Below, piece after piece: positions 13,033 to 25,879 of a stretch of DNA of 64,000 nucleotides. The stretch is from Takakia lepidozioides. Lineage: Eukaryota > Plantae > Bryophyta. Under the pieces are notes generated by a model. It had not been told where the DNA came from. It ran no database searches and saw only the letters and a list, made by a program, of their open reading frames with translations. A program made the translations under genes and the position numbers. Within the stretch, counting starts at the first letter, position 1, and each line of letters opens with the position of its first letter. The stretch is taken from positions 34,968,001 through 35,032,000 of the forward strand of contig CM060733.1 in the NCBI GenBank assembly GCA_030704615.1, read 5' to 3'.

Positions 13033-14649
13033 CTTTTCCTTCCCCTTCTCCACGACCATCTCCTTCTCCTTCCCCGCTACTTCCTCTCTCTCTTTCTCCC
13101 TCTCCCTTCTCTCTCTCTCCTCGACAGCCCATTCATTGATGGTAAAAGGGATCTCGGGAGGTCGAAGCCTCTTCTTCTTACCTTTGGTGTTCGGGTCCTT
13201 CATGAACACCACATGCTCTCCCTCATTGGCAAACCCACTAGACTGCACCAATGAGGCCAGCCATGTTGCTGCCTCTTGAAGACAAATAACCCCTCCAAAT
13301 TCAAAAAAAGAAACAAACAACAAAGAAAATCATGCATGCAAAGGAAAGGATAAAACATGGAATAAGGTGCAACAATTGTACCTTTGCAAGCTTGTCCGAC
13401 TCGCCCCCGACGTCACCCGATGTGGCAGGAGTCCCCGTTGCTGGATGTGCCCGCGCTATCCCCTCTCGGAGCGCCACTGGAAGTAGATTCCAGATGTGGA
13501 GCATAGCCGGCGGCGGTGCCCCGTAGTCCAGGCCCTTCTTTGCTGACCACTCATGCTCAGGGGGCGGCGTCGCTGATCGGCTAGGCCGCTCCAAACCAGC
13601 CCATACATCCTCCTCCCCCCCCCCCAAATATGTATCAGGGTAGAAGCCCTCACCCGGCTTGACTTCTTCGAGGCGCTTCGCTATCTCGGCCACTTCATTA
13701 GCCCTCCTCGTCTCCTCCTCCCTCATCGACAACAATGGGCTAGCAATGGAGGCTTTCAAAGGCCCATGAACCTGACGTTGGGCCTTGGCAAGTGCAGCCT
13801 TTGCTGCGGAGGAAGGGGTCGCTATGGGGGTGACATCCAAAAGTTGCCCATACCGGGCCCTCGAACGGGTGATGTGCTTGCCAAGGTACATTTCACCCGT
13901 CTTGATGGCCGGGGGTGTGCTCAACTGAGCATCCGGCTCAGCAACAACCTCCCGAATAGGAGAGCTGGCTGAGCCAGGCCCCTGGCGTATCCAAGATGTG
14001 GACAAGAGGGGGGGCACTGACCTCGGGGGGCAGACAAGCCCTCCGGCTGCGGCTGTCAACGGGGCTGGTTAACCGTGAGACGCTCTGGCGCGTCACATGT
14101 GTCGGCAGAGAAGCCTCCCAATCTATAGATTGTCTCACAAACCTCGGGAGTCAATGTCTCACGTACTGCAATGGGCAAGATGTCTTGCAATAGATTGTGG
14201 TAGTCATGAGACTTCAAACCATGGACCCCGTCTTCTTCGCTGAACTTCGTACGGAGGGATGACCCATAGTTGGTGTTCGGACAGCACTTATGGTGGCTAT
14301 TACTTTCTTGTATTCCTCCTTTGTCCATTACCAAGGTGCGTGCGTGCCTATATTTTCACCGTACAACACCCTTTGGGTCCACACCATTTTGTTCGGCCCA
14401 TAGATGGCGCATGCGACCCTGCTCCTCAAGCTCCTTTCTAACACCGAGAGAATCTCCTTTTGCAGCCACTCCCTTCTTTGCCGGCGTGCCATGAATAACC
14501 CGAAAAATGGACGAGCAGACATTCTTCTCAATATGCATGAGATCTAGAAGATGGCGAATCTTCAGGTCCTACATATATCCCCACCCACAAAGACTTACAC
14601 AATTTTTTTTACGTGAAAGTGACAATGCAACGCATACCAAATGTGCAAT
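10930..14649 (-). mobile_element. CACTA element 1, distal part: TNP2 fragment, TNP1/TnpA-like ORF2 and terminal region
   Basis: Terminus CACTACAGGAAAATG at 10930, followed by GCGAC/GTCGC subterminal repeats to ~11650. TNP2 exon from 14568 reads DLKIRHLLDLMHIEKNVC ... GLKSHDYHNLLQDILPIAVR. ORF2 fragments at 14059-11917 include W.DQ and HKWGAGG, similar to TnpA/Ptta-type proteins. Confidence 0.85.
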
Positions 14650-14910
14650 CACTACAACAGAACGCGGTATATCTGACTACGAGGCCGCGGTAGTCATGGT
14701 TTTCCTGACTTTGACCATGACTTCCCTGTACTTTTGGACCAAATGGGGCTTCATGTAGTTGTTGAAATGACTGCGTGACTACGTAGTCCTCTGGGTGACT
14801 ATGTTAATAGACTTTGTCATGACTGCATGGCTCTGCACTAGACGGAAGATTGGTCAACGATGGTTGACCAGTGCGAGCTCACCACCAAAAAGTAGTTGGA
14901 ATGACTTCTA
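14650..14910 (+). mobile_element. Non-autonomous CACTA element 2, second terminus (same orientation as the first)
   Basis: CACTACAACAGAACGCGGTATATCTGACT at 14650, preceded by AAT (reverse complement ATT). Same TGACT/AGTCA motifs as 1680-2250. Confidence 0.8.
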
Positions 14911-15034
14911 GTGCAAGCCTGGTAGCCAAAAGGTTAATTTTTTTTTAAAAAGTTGCTTATATAGGTTGCCCATTAAAGGGCTGGGACTTAGTTTTTTTTT
15001 CTTTTTTCTCCTCAGCGGTTTCTTAGTATCGAGC

Positions 15035-17670
15035 TGTTGTGTCATGGAACGCGATGATCGCAGGATAGGGCGTGGGATGGAGGCTTTGCATTGAGCTACT
15101 GATGCGGGGCGAAGCGCAAACTGCGCCGCAACCGCAATGGGCTCTTGGCTCATGTTAGTACCATGATGTGGTATTCTTCATGATGTTTACAAGGTTCTTG
15201 GGAGAGTCAGCTTGGTCTTAGCAGTCCGTGTTTCAATTTTACCTTTGTGGAAAAGGGTAAAAAGGTCCATGGTGACATTGTCAAATTTAGGGTATCCAGA
15301 AACAGGTAACAGAGGCAGTATTGAGGATACAAAGGTCCGAGTGTTTGAGAATATGCTAAACGAACCTAGAGTGTGATGATCGCGGGATATGCCCCAGCAT
15401 GGATGCGGGATGGAAGCCCTTGGAGACCTATGAGCAAATGATGCGGGAAGGGGTAAAGGCATACCTAGTCACGTCCGTTTGTAGATGCAATGCGTGTGCG
15501 AGCCCGACAGCCCTGGAAAAGGGCAAAGAGGTCCACGTTGACATCATCAAAGGTGGAATTGTACCAGATGTCATTCCGAACGATACCCTGGTAGACATGT
15601 ATGCCAAATGTGCCAGCATCGAAGTTGTAAAGGGAAGACAAATACTGCTTCCATTGAGCGTTTTCATCTGTCTTCCTAGTGCAGAGGCTTGGGGGCAACA
15701 CACTACAACACAATCCTGTTTTATGAACGAGCATTGATCACGTGGATTTAATGATGACAGGATTCTTCTTCGACTTGTTTCAGCTTGTTTTGCCCTCTCA
15801 TCAGACTCGGCCCTGAATTGCTCGACGGAGCAAAGCTGACATGAGGGTTTTACATATCCTTCACAATGGTGGGACAACCGCGATCGCAAGGTGTGGCTTT
15901 TTCTTAATGTACAATGTGAAGAAGTTTGTCTATCCTGCAAATGGCTCTTGGCTCTTGGCAGGAAAGCTGGAAAGCAGGTGCACACTCACATTGTCCAAAG
16001 TGGATTCACGGCGAACGTTTTTCTATTCAACACCCTTGTCAACATGTATGTTAAGGGGAGCATCATCGATGATCACCAAGTGTTCAACACAGAATGCCTC
16101 AGTGATCTTTGATCACGTGGAATATAATCTTGGCAGGATTTACCAAGCATGGGCGTGGTATGAATGCATTGGAGACCTGTGAGCAAATAATGCGCTAAGG
16201 GGTGAAGCCCAACCACATCACGTTTGTTTGTGCTTGCAATGCGTGTGCAAGCCTGGAAAAGGGGAAAGAGGACCATGGTGACATCGGTCAAAGCTGGAAT
16301 CGCACCAGATGTCATTCTGAACACTGCCCTGACCTGGACATGTATGCCAAATGTGGATGCATTGAGGATGCAAAGGGAGTTTCCGACTCTATGGCTGAAC
16401 GAGATGTGGTGTTGTGGAGTGCAATGCTTGCAGGGTATGCACCAGTGTTGGGCGGTTCTTGCCTTTGTGAAGGAACCTTCGGTTTCGGTCCACAAATTTT
16501 TGAAGAGACGGTTCGGGATCCGGATCCGGTTATTTTTTATTAAGGCGGTTCCGGTCCGGTTCAGGTTCCGACTTTTTAACATGGGGGCGGTTCCGGTTAC
16601 CGGTTAGTTGCTGGGAAAAAAACACCGGTTCCGGTTAGGTTCCGGTTCTTTTTTAAAAATATATTAAATTCTTTTAATTTTTTATTCTTCTGGAAAATTA
16701 GATGAACTGATCTGATTGGTCATACTGAGAATTTTCAACTAAAACCAGGGAATTTATTAGTAAAACAGAAGTAAATAAACTTATATGTTTTTTGTGATTG
16801 TCTTTTATGGTATATATAACTAGTTATATACGCATGGTCTCCATTAAAAACGGAAAACCAGAGATTTTATAAGTTGTTGTACGGTGTAGCAAAGAACAAC
16901 TAAAACAAACTAACTACATAAGGATCTTAATTCAAAATACAAAACAAATTAAACATGTGTAATTCTATGGTTACCTTTTATGGTGCAGCAAAAGCACAAC
17001 TAAAAAAAACTACATAAATTTGGACCGGAACCGGAACCGCTTTGGAGCTGGAACCGCCGGTTCCCACACATGTGGTCGTAGCTGGAACCGCCGGTTCCGG
17101 TTCCCACACAATCCCCAATGAGCGGTTCCGGTTCTGCACAGGCGGGTCCGGTTCCGGTCCGGTTCCACATAACCGGAACCGGAACCGGTTACCTGGGGCC
17201 AGGCGGGTAACCACCCAACACTGGTATGCACAACAGGGACGTGGGATGGAGGCTTTGGAGACCTATGATCCAATGATGGGGGAGGGGGTGAAGCCCGACC
17301 ACTTTGTGTGCATTTGCAATGCTTGTGCAAGCCTGGCAGCCCTACACAAGGGCAAAGAGGTGCATGGGGATATCATCAAAGCTGGAATTGTACCAAATGT
17401 CATTCGGAACACTGCCCTGGCAGCTCTGGAAAAGGGGAAAGAGGCCCTTGGTGACATCTTCAAAGCTGGAATTGTACCAAATGTCATTCTGAACCATACC
17501 CTGGTGGACATGTATGCGAAATGTGGGTGCATCGAGCATGGACAAGGGCAAAAGGTGCATGGGGTATCATCAAAGCTGGATTTGTACCAAATGTCATTAT
17601 GTACACTGCCCTGGCAGCTCTGGAAAAGGGGAAAGAGGTCCACGGCGACATCTTCAGAGCTGGAATCTAA
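15035..17670 (+). pseudogene. PLS-class PPR pseudogene fragments, inverted paralogue of 4110-6140
   Basis: Same PPR motifs. 15970-16440 is closely similar to the reverse complement of ~5080-5550 (GKQVHTHIVQSGFT...). Confidence 0.85.
16443..17223. mobile_element. Non-autonomous hAT element (781 bp) inserted in a PPR fragment
   Basis: TIRs CAGTGTTGGGCGGTT and AACCACCCAACACTG. Perfect 8-bp TSD GTATGCAC at 16435-16442 and 17224-17231. Subterminal CCGGTT/AACCGG arrays around an AT-rich core. The PPR reading GYA|QQGRG is restored on removal. Confidence 0.93.
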
Positions 17671-18379
17671 GAAAAGATTGTGTACTCTCTCAGGCATTCT
17701 CAATCTGGACACCTAAAGCTGGATAGAGCGACGACCTGGACGGATCCCCGCAGACCTCTCTTATCAATAGTGCCTGCTCCAGCGACAGAGAAATCAGACA
17801 GCTTGACAACTCATTTTTTGGTTTCTTCGGGCAGTCTGGGCAGATTCCAAAGAGCTATTCGCTTTCAAGGGATAATTTTTGAGGGTGAGGGTGAGTGCAG
17901 TGTTTACAGAGGCAGAGGAGTACAAAACAAAGGCACAAAAATTGGGGTCATCAGGCCTGGCGCTTCACTATGCCAACATTATCAATCAAATTGACAACTT
18001 AGTCTAGCTTTACCTCTTTTGAGTGAATTTATGATATGCAAATTTTTGTCTCTCCATGTGTTTCTAGGATGTCACAATAGTTCTCTCTCCAGATGTTATG
18101 TCACCATAGCCTAGACGCTTTACTGTATACTTCTGTTTCTCTTTTTCCAGCTGACTTGTCATTCCAAACGCCAACCAGACTAACAGAAAAGAGATTCACA
18201 TGACCTTTTTGGCAGGTGTCAAGACCTAACTCGGTGCCACCAAACACCAGGGACACACTGTACCAAGGTTTGCCCCGACTTTGAAGGCCTCTCTGCGCAA
18301 TCGCTTACAGCAAAACTCCAAAAGGATGAGGTATACTACGTTTTCTTTTTATCTTTGTTTCTCTCCCTTTCTATACGTA

Positions 18380-18790
18380 ACCCACCAGGAAAACTCACTT
18401 TTGTCTTCTTCCTGGATGTAAAAAGGCTTATGACCCAGTATGGCGCGATGGGCTGTGGCTTTGTCGGTGACCTTCTGGGTTCAGGGGAAAGATGTGGAGG
18501 ATGGTTCACAACCTGTATATGAACACCAAAAGCCAGAAGTCTAATTTCTTTGACATTGACCAAGGTGTAGCTCAAGGGTGTACCCTCTTCCCACTTCTCA
18601 TCAATGTCTTCAGTAATCAGCTCCAGAAGATGTGGAAAGTGAGGGATTCGGGTTAAAGGTGGATGATGCCACGATACCAGCTCTCGTGATTGGGATGACT
18701 TCATGGACCTAGGGGATATCCTATCCAATTTCATTAGTTGATTGATTGGGCGAAGAGGTACTGTGGAGGCTAGAAGCCAATGTTAATATC
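18380..18790 (+). mobile_element. Degenerate LINE reverse-transcriptase remnant
   Basis: FLDVKRAYD-like, KMWRMVHNLY and DIDQGVAQGCTL segments resemble the LINE at 59238-61104. Confidence 0.7.
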
Positions 18791-19739
18791 GCAGTGGAGC
18801 ACTTGCTCTTCTGTCAGTGAGTCCATTAGCTCATTCTAGCAAGAGGCTCTATCTGCCAACAAAGTAATTTATCATCCTCTGATTATCTGTGTGTGCATTC
18901 TCTGGACAGGGCACATCATGGGCAAACACTGGGTGAGCATATTCACCATTTCAGCACACTTGAGGCTCCCACCCAGTCATGTTTGGTTTTCTTTTTCTAT
19001 AGTTTACTGCTGCTTGACTCTTTACTGCAACTCTCATCAGTATTGGTTTTCAGCACAACCTGGCCCCTTCTGACTAGTGTCAAGATGGTGGCATGGTGTC
19101 GGAGTGAAGTGAGTATGTTATCAAGTTGGTAGCTGTAATTTGAGTTTGTTGTCGTTATGGTGCTCACTTACACATCGAGTTTTCCTGTAAACTGGGCTTC
19201 TGCTTTGAACTGACCGTGTGCTTTTTTCAAGGCAGGTCATCAGGGGATTGAAGGTCCTTGGGCCATGCGGATCTGACTCTTCTACAGACATTGCACCATG
19301 CCAACCAAGAGTGTCAAGAGTTACATCCTAGAACTCATTGTGGGGCTTCACCATTTGGTAAGCCAGGCAAGAAGTTGTAATAGCCACCGGTCGCCACAAA
19401 AGTCACCAATCCGGTCAAGACCAACTGCCAAATTCACTCTACCAGCCCCGAACTTGTCACCACCATCTCCATCAGCAAATTTGTGGCCAGCGGTCGGCAG
19501 GAGCATCCAGTCCAGAGCTCTCGCAGGAAGATTAGGACATGTTGCGTGACATCGAATGTCCAAAGCCGCGAAAACTATTTCCGGGACAGAGTAAATCCCA
19601 GGAGTTTGACACCAGCAGAGTTGCCCAAAATTGTGAAATGCTAAGGTTGAGTAAGAGCAATAGCCATTCTCCAAGTACAACAAGGAGTGAAACACCCTCT
19701 CCACTGTATAAACTTCAGCGGCCCCATAGTATTAGTCCT

Positions 19740-22700
19740 CTAGAGCTGGATGCTATACCTTCACAGTGCAAGACAAATTTCATTTTTGCATAACTCCAAC
19801 AAACCATGAATACCATACTGATTTTTACTGAAAGTACTCAAAAAGGTAGAATTGTGTTTTACAACTACCAAAATTGTTGGACACGGGTGCAATCCAAAAC
19901 TCCACCTTTGATATGCACACAGCTGCTCACATCCACGCAGGCCATACAACCATCCAAGACTGCAGTATTCTGATAAGCAAATGACCTGGGCAAGCAATCT
20001 ACCATCCCAAATACAAGCTGCTTGAGTGTGTGGTTGGTTCTGCTGGAAATTAGTGTGGAAATTAGCTGGAAATTAGCGTGGCAGATCCAAAATTTTACCT
20101 TTTCTTCAAGGATAGACCTGCAGAGGAAGAAGTCTTCCTGCAAACCAATCAAGAAAGAGGGCTGGTTATGAACATTTTCCAAAGTTACTAGATTTCCTCA
20201 TGCAACACCATTTTCTGTTCAAGAGAAAAGGCCATCTGCACAGACTCAATCAGCCATGAAGGACTATCATATGTTCAAAAGTGTCCAAAAAAGTGAGAGA
20301 GCGATTTACAACTACCTGCAATTATGACGATAGGTACAATTGAAAACTCAAAAGCGATCCACACACCAGAGCCTCTCACCAAGTCTAGGTACAATAGACT
20401 GCGCCATGCAAAACTCAATTTTCTGATATGCAAATCAGTGGTGGCAGAGACAAAAGTTTTACCTTGTCTTCAAGGATAGATCTGCAGAGGCAGAAGTCGT
20501 CCTGCAAGTCAATCAATTCAAAGGGGTGGGTATGAACATTTTTCAAAGATGCTAGGGATCCATAAACACCATTATTTGTCTGAGGAAACAGGCCATGTGC
20601 AGAAACTCAATTAGCCATGAATGACAATCCATGTTTCAATATCCAAAAGTAGAACAACAAGTTACAACTACCTGATGTTGAAAATAGGTACAATGCAAGA
20701 CTGTCAAGAGTGCTCCATATACCACAGCCTCTCACCATGATTATGAAGATAAGGCCGTACAAAACTGCAACTTTCATGTTCAAACGAGTGGTGGCAGATG
20801 CAAAAGTGTTACCTTTTCTTCAAGGAAGAAGAGGAGGATGTCGTTCTGCAAGTGAATCAACAAAAATGGGTGGGTGTGAGCATATTTTAAAGGTACTAGA
20901 GACCGACCTGCAACATCATTGTGGTCTGAGAGGAGTCCATGTGTACAACCTCAAACAGCTATGAAATGGCTATCACATGTTTTAGTATCTGAAGAGGCAG
21001 AACTGCAATTTACGATCTACCTACGATACTAAAATGCCACAACTCAAAATTCTCCATACACCACAGCGTCTCACAAGTCTATGATGATAAGCCAGACATA
21101 AAAAAGTGCAATTTCCCGATAAGCTAATGAGTGGTTTACCTTTTCTTCAAAGACAGACCTGCAGAGGAATAGGTCGCCCTGCCTACTTTGCCAGTGCCAC
21201 CTAGTCTGGCGCTGCCCCTTGTGCCTCGTAATGAACCAGATTTGCTCTTACCTACCTCCCACCTCCCTGGTTTTGAACCTCGGTTATGATCTCCCATGTT
21301 CTTTGCCTTCTCCTTCCGTTTCTCTTCAATTTCTTTGCATTTGATTGCCTCAAGCTTCTCTCTGCTTGAAGTTAAGGCCTCCAGAGTTTCACCCTTACGC
21401 ATTGCCTCTTCAAGTTGCCCAGCCAGTACTTGATCGCGCTTTGTCACCAAGCTTGTCACCATGCCTGCATCCATCCTCAGCGTCTCTCCTATTCAACACT
21501 TGAACAAACATGACACACCATTTAAGCAAAGAGGCCTGTACAAATCTGCTTCTGGGAGTCACATCAAGAAACCTACCTTTGGCTCCCATGCGTGCGGTCC
21601 TTCCCGTGCGATGCAAGTAATCAATCTGCATTCAGAGACATACGTGGTGGGCACTGATCACCCTCAAGCTACTACTTGTAGACAAGGAAGAACTCGACCT
21701 GCCTACTAGAGATAATGGCTAGACAATGAAACATACTGTCTTGTGAAGGACTAATCTGACAACAACAAGAAGGTGCACAGCCACCAAACAAGGACAAAAC
21801 TACAACATTCTTGATGGGAGCACACATGACGCTGGTGAGCTTGTTATTGTTTGCAATGCCAGAAATGTGGGGTTCTACTCACAGGGTTGAGAGGAAAGTC
21901 AAACATGATAACATGGTCCACCACCAGGTCCAGACCACGTGCTGCCAGATCTGTGCAAACCAATGCAGGCACCGAATCCTCATCATGTTCTCCTTTGAAC
22001 TTGTTCAAGTTTTCCACCCTGCCTCATGACCAACGATACCTTCATGTATCAGTTTGCAAGCTCACTACATGTGTAGACACTGCCACAAAACACGTTCCCT
22101 CTTTGGGGTGGACAACCCGGCTCTTTCTTTTCTCAAAGAGCAATTTAAATGAACAGGCATCAATAAAAGCAAACCCAAAGCAGGAAAGAGAAGGTACCGC
22201 TCTGCTGCAGGAATTGCCCCATGATAGTTAATAGAGGCAGTGCCACATTCACACAAGAAGTGATCCACAGCACGACATGAGCTCAGTGTGCTGCAGAAAA
22301 CCATCACTCTGTTGCCTTTTGCAAGGCTGGGCTCTAGTACCTGGTCACCACCATCTTTGTCATCCCAGAGTGTACTCAAATTGATTGGTATAAACTCCTT
22401 CCCCAAGACTGCAGAACTATCTTGAAAATTTATGAACTGGTCACCTGAGACACTAATCCATTGTCGTACAGCATCCACAATCAGACACTGCTTGTGACAT
22501 CATAACGTAGCAACTATAAAAGTCACACACAACACAATATCTCGAGTAACAAAAGATGTAACCATCAAAGTCCTATCTTCTGTAAAACAATTTGACGCTC
22601 CCCCCTAGCCTAAAACTTAGGGACAAGCACTTGCCTGTAAAAGAGCTTCAAGTTTGTTCTCATTGCCAGCAAGGCGAATGAAGTCATGGCGGGCTGCTGA

Positions 22701-25053
22701 CACTTTTTTGTGCAAAGTGGATGTGTGAATGTGTCTGATGCCAGGGAACTCCTCATCCAACAGCTTTTGCACCACCTTTAGACACCCACATGTGGTATGC
22801 TTGTCATGCCTGCATCAACATGCCTATAGAACAGGTGGCCTCACAATACACAAGAATAACTAAAGAGCCTGGGCTAACCAATGCTTTGCAGTAAGGGTAC
22901 CAGGCATACCTTTGTGATGGTGGCAGTCACTAGAACAGTTTGAAAGCCCCCACCAGACTGCTTAGAGCGGTTGCGCAGTGGACCCAAAAACTTCCTTACT
23001 TCAGATCCAAATCCACGGTCAAACATGGTATCGGCCTCATCCAACACCTGCCTCAACCAAGCGGTTGTTGTTACCGTGCACGTGCTGAGGACAGAACTTC
23101 CATTGAAATGTACAGTGTGCCCCTATTCAACAATCTTAGGACGTAGGATAAGCCTCAAACTCTGTTTAGAGTCTCAAGGCATGCATGCCTCAATTTCATA
23201 TAGTGAACCAAATGCACCTACACCACGATTCTCAGGTAGGAAGGCCATAAGGAGTAAAACAATGAAGCTCACCACATACTTGAGATCACCATAGGCCATG
23301 TGGCCCTGCTCCACATGCATGAGCAGCCTGCCTGGGGTCGCAACCAATAGATCAACTGCTGTATTCAAGGAATCCTCTTGTGGCTTCATCCGACTCCCTC
23401 CCCCAACCATAGCTGCACGGAACCGGGCAGAATGGCATATTGATTTGGCCACATGAAACACCTGCAGCCAACAATGTAACAACTTACTTAATTGGAACAT
23501 TACCAGGACCTCCATCCTCAATTCATGGACCTCCACATTTGCACAATAAGTTGGGCCAAAGGAACTACCAGAGAATTATTAGTTCTGCTTCACTAAAGTG
23601 AGTTCTGCAAGTGTCAATAATGAGGATGGCTGTAAAGGTCCTCCTAGCAAATTATGTGAGAGTGAAGAAACTACAATGTTCAGCCCATACCATGTTACAT
23701 AGTGGTTTGAGTTTTAAGCATCATACGGCAAAGAGTCTTTGCTTCATATGACCTTTTAGAGATGCACTTGACAAAATGGCCCATATGTCGAAGGTTCAAT
23801 CATACAATGAACCATACCTGAGAAAATCCCCTTGCACAATCAATAGATACCCATGCAGCATAGAAAATAGGGGGAAACTAAGACCTGCTCAGCAAGCTCT
23901 CTGGTGGGACATAGAACGACAGAACGAGGTCTTCTAGGCCTAGTTGATTTCCCTGCTTCTGCTTCCTCCCTTCTCAAGGCCTGCATCACAACCTTCGCTA
24001 GTCAGACACAAAGGCCCCAGTGTACAAGGAGGGTTCCAGTCAATGCAACCCTTGAGCAATTTGACTAGAGGAGTTCCCCTCAGTACTTCAAAGGTGAGGT
24101 CATCACAGGATCCAGAAATGGATCTCACTCACAAATGACATTGATTGTTTTATTATCGAAAGCAAGATGGGCAAATGTTTGTTCGCAAGCAACTTGAAAG
24201 CCATGTGTCCTTTTCGTTTCAGAGAAATTGGAAGGATCTCATGGCAACTTGGCCTTGTGTTCCCCATCCTTCAGGTAACTAATAGAGGGTTCTTCTCAAA
24301 GTGCTGTAAGCAGTCAAGGTGAAGAACAAAGGGATGTTGGCTATCAAGGCCAGGCAAGCGTCACAAGGGGTGTGAACAAGTCACTCTAGTAAGAATCGCA
24401 TTGCCAACCCACCCTTGCTTTTGTATCTTCAGTAGTGTAGGAAGGCTAATCATCGACTGCCTCATTCAGACATGTCACAAATTTCAATGTTTATGATGCT
24501 ATGAACCCCAGTTTTTCAAAAGATTGAATACCTGAACAATGGGGAGCATGTAAGCAAGGGTCTTGCCCGAGCCTGTATGTGATGCTATCACTACGCTCTC
24601 CCCAGCCAACACCGCCGGAATTCCAAGGGCCTGCACTTCTGTGGGTTCAGAGAGGCCCAATTCGTTCACTGCCAGCATAAGCTCAGGGTCGAGACCAAGT
24701 TGCTGGAAGGAAGTGGGAAGTGGAGCAGGTTCCTTGTGTTCCTTTGGTGGCCGCAATTGCGTCGCAGCCTTGGATAAATCTCGCATCTGTCTTGCTCTCA
24801 ACCTCTCTAGCGGGGAAGCCACCTTTATAACGGGAGGGGCTTCCGTTGTGAAGTCAGAATGGGTTGCCTTAACCATACACCTAAATGCAGCATTCCATGG
24901 TGACCATTTGCCTGCCCAGTAATCACAACCATTGTGGAAGCGAGACGGGCTGAAAGACACAGTCGACATGTGGCGAGACAGCAAGACCGTCGTGGTAGCT
25001 GAGCGCAGACCCAAAACCCTTCCCGCCATAGCTAACTTCCGGCACCCCAACAT
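19740..25053 (-). CDS. RH39: DEAD-box RNA helicase, RH39-like (multi-exon, organelle-targeting-like N-terminus)
   Basis: Spliced motifs: PTEVQ (Q motif), [61 protein letters not shown], with GT-AG junctions. Start at 25053 or 25029. The last exon 19740-19758 is inferred. Confidence 0.88.
20050..21180 (-). repeat. Four ~330-360 bp tandem units, each a micro-exon (or exon end) plus intron, at the 3' end of the helicase
   Basis: TTGAAGA(A/C)AAG|GTAA recurs at 21140, 20813, 20463 and 20099, with homologous intron sequence. Confidence 0.85.
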
Positions 25054-25879
25054 GGTTTATCGCACGCCTGTTTCCACTCTCCCATTGTTCATTCCCCCAT
25101 TGTACAGCCCAAAGGGTTGTGAAGACGAGTATCGAGCTTGGTGGAGATGCGACGATACTTCAAACTACGCTCTTCTTAGAGCTATAGAATGAGTATTCCA
25201 TAGTATGGGCTATCCTCGGCACCCGCTCTCCCATACATACTCTCACAAGTATATGGCTCAATCTGATGCAGCCGTTTATTTTGTTTTATTTTGTTTTGTC
25301 TCGTCTCTTTTGAGTTCGTTTCGCAGCTCGGCTCTTTGTTCTCAGTTTTCTGGGGAATCTACTATGGGTCTTGTGCGGAGCCTTTGTTTAGTACAGATAT
25401 TGTTTGGCGTGCTGTTCCTCCAGTTTTAGGTTGCTGTAGTGTTCGATCCTTTCTTCCTCGACTTCCTTTGCGGTTTATCCTGGGACAGTGGTTCTCTTTT
25501 TTGCATTTCGCCTCTTTTCTCTTGTGCTCATCTCGTTTTCTTAGGGTTCCTGTGTGAGTGTTGTTATTTGGAGGTTTCTGAAGGCCTCTGCCGCTCTCCG
25601 CCTGGTCACTTGTCTTTAAGTGGGTGTTACTATCTTCTTTTAAAGCTTCTTTTCTGCATTATTAGTGGCTTCAGCTTGTTTTTTAGTATAGATCTCGTTT
25701 GGCGTGCTGTTCGCCTAGTCTCGGTGGTGGTCGCTGTAGTGTTCGTTCCTATTCTCATTTTGCTTTTCTCCTCTTGCCTTTCGTGTTCATCTCGTTTTTA
25801 GGGTTACTGGGTGTGTGGTGTCACTCTGGTGGTCTCTGCAAGCCTCTGCTGTTCTTTGCCAGGCCTATAAGTAGCCCCC

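Noticed and set aside
15701-15712. Third CACTACAACA sequence
   Set aside because: No subterminal repeats or partner terminus, and it lies within PPR-like sequence. Probably chance.
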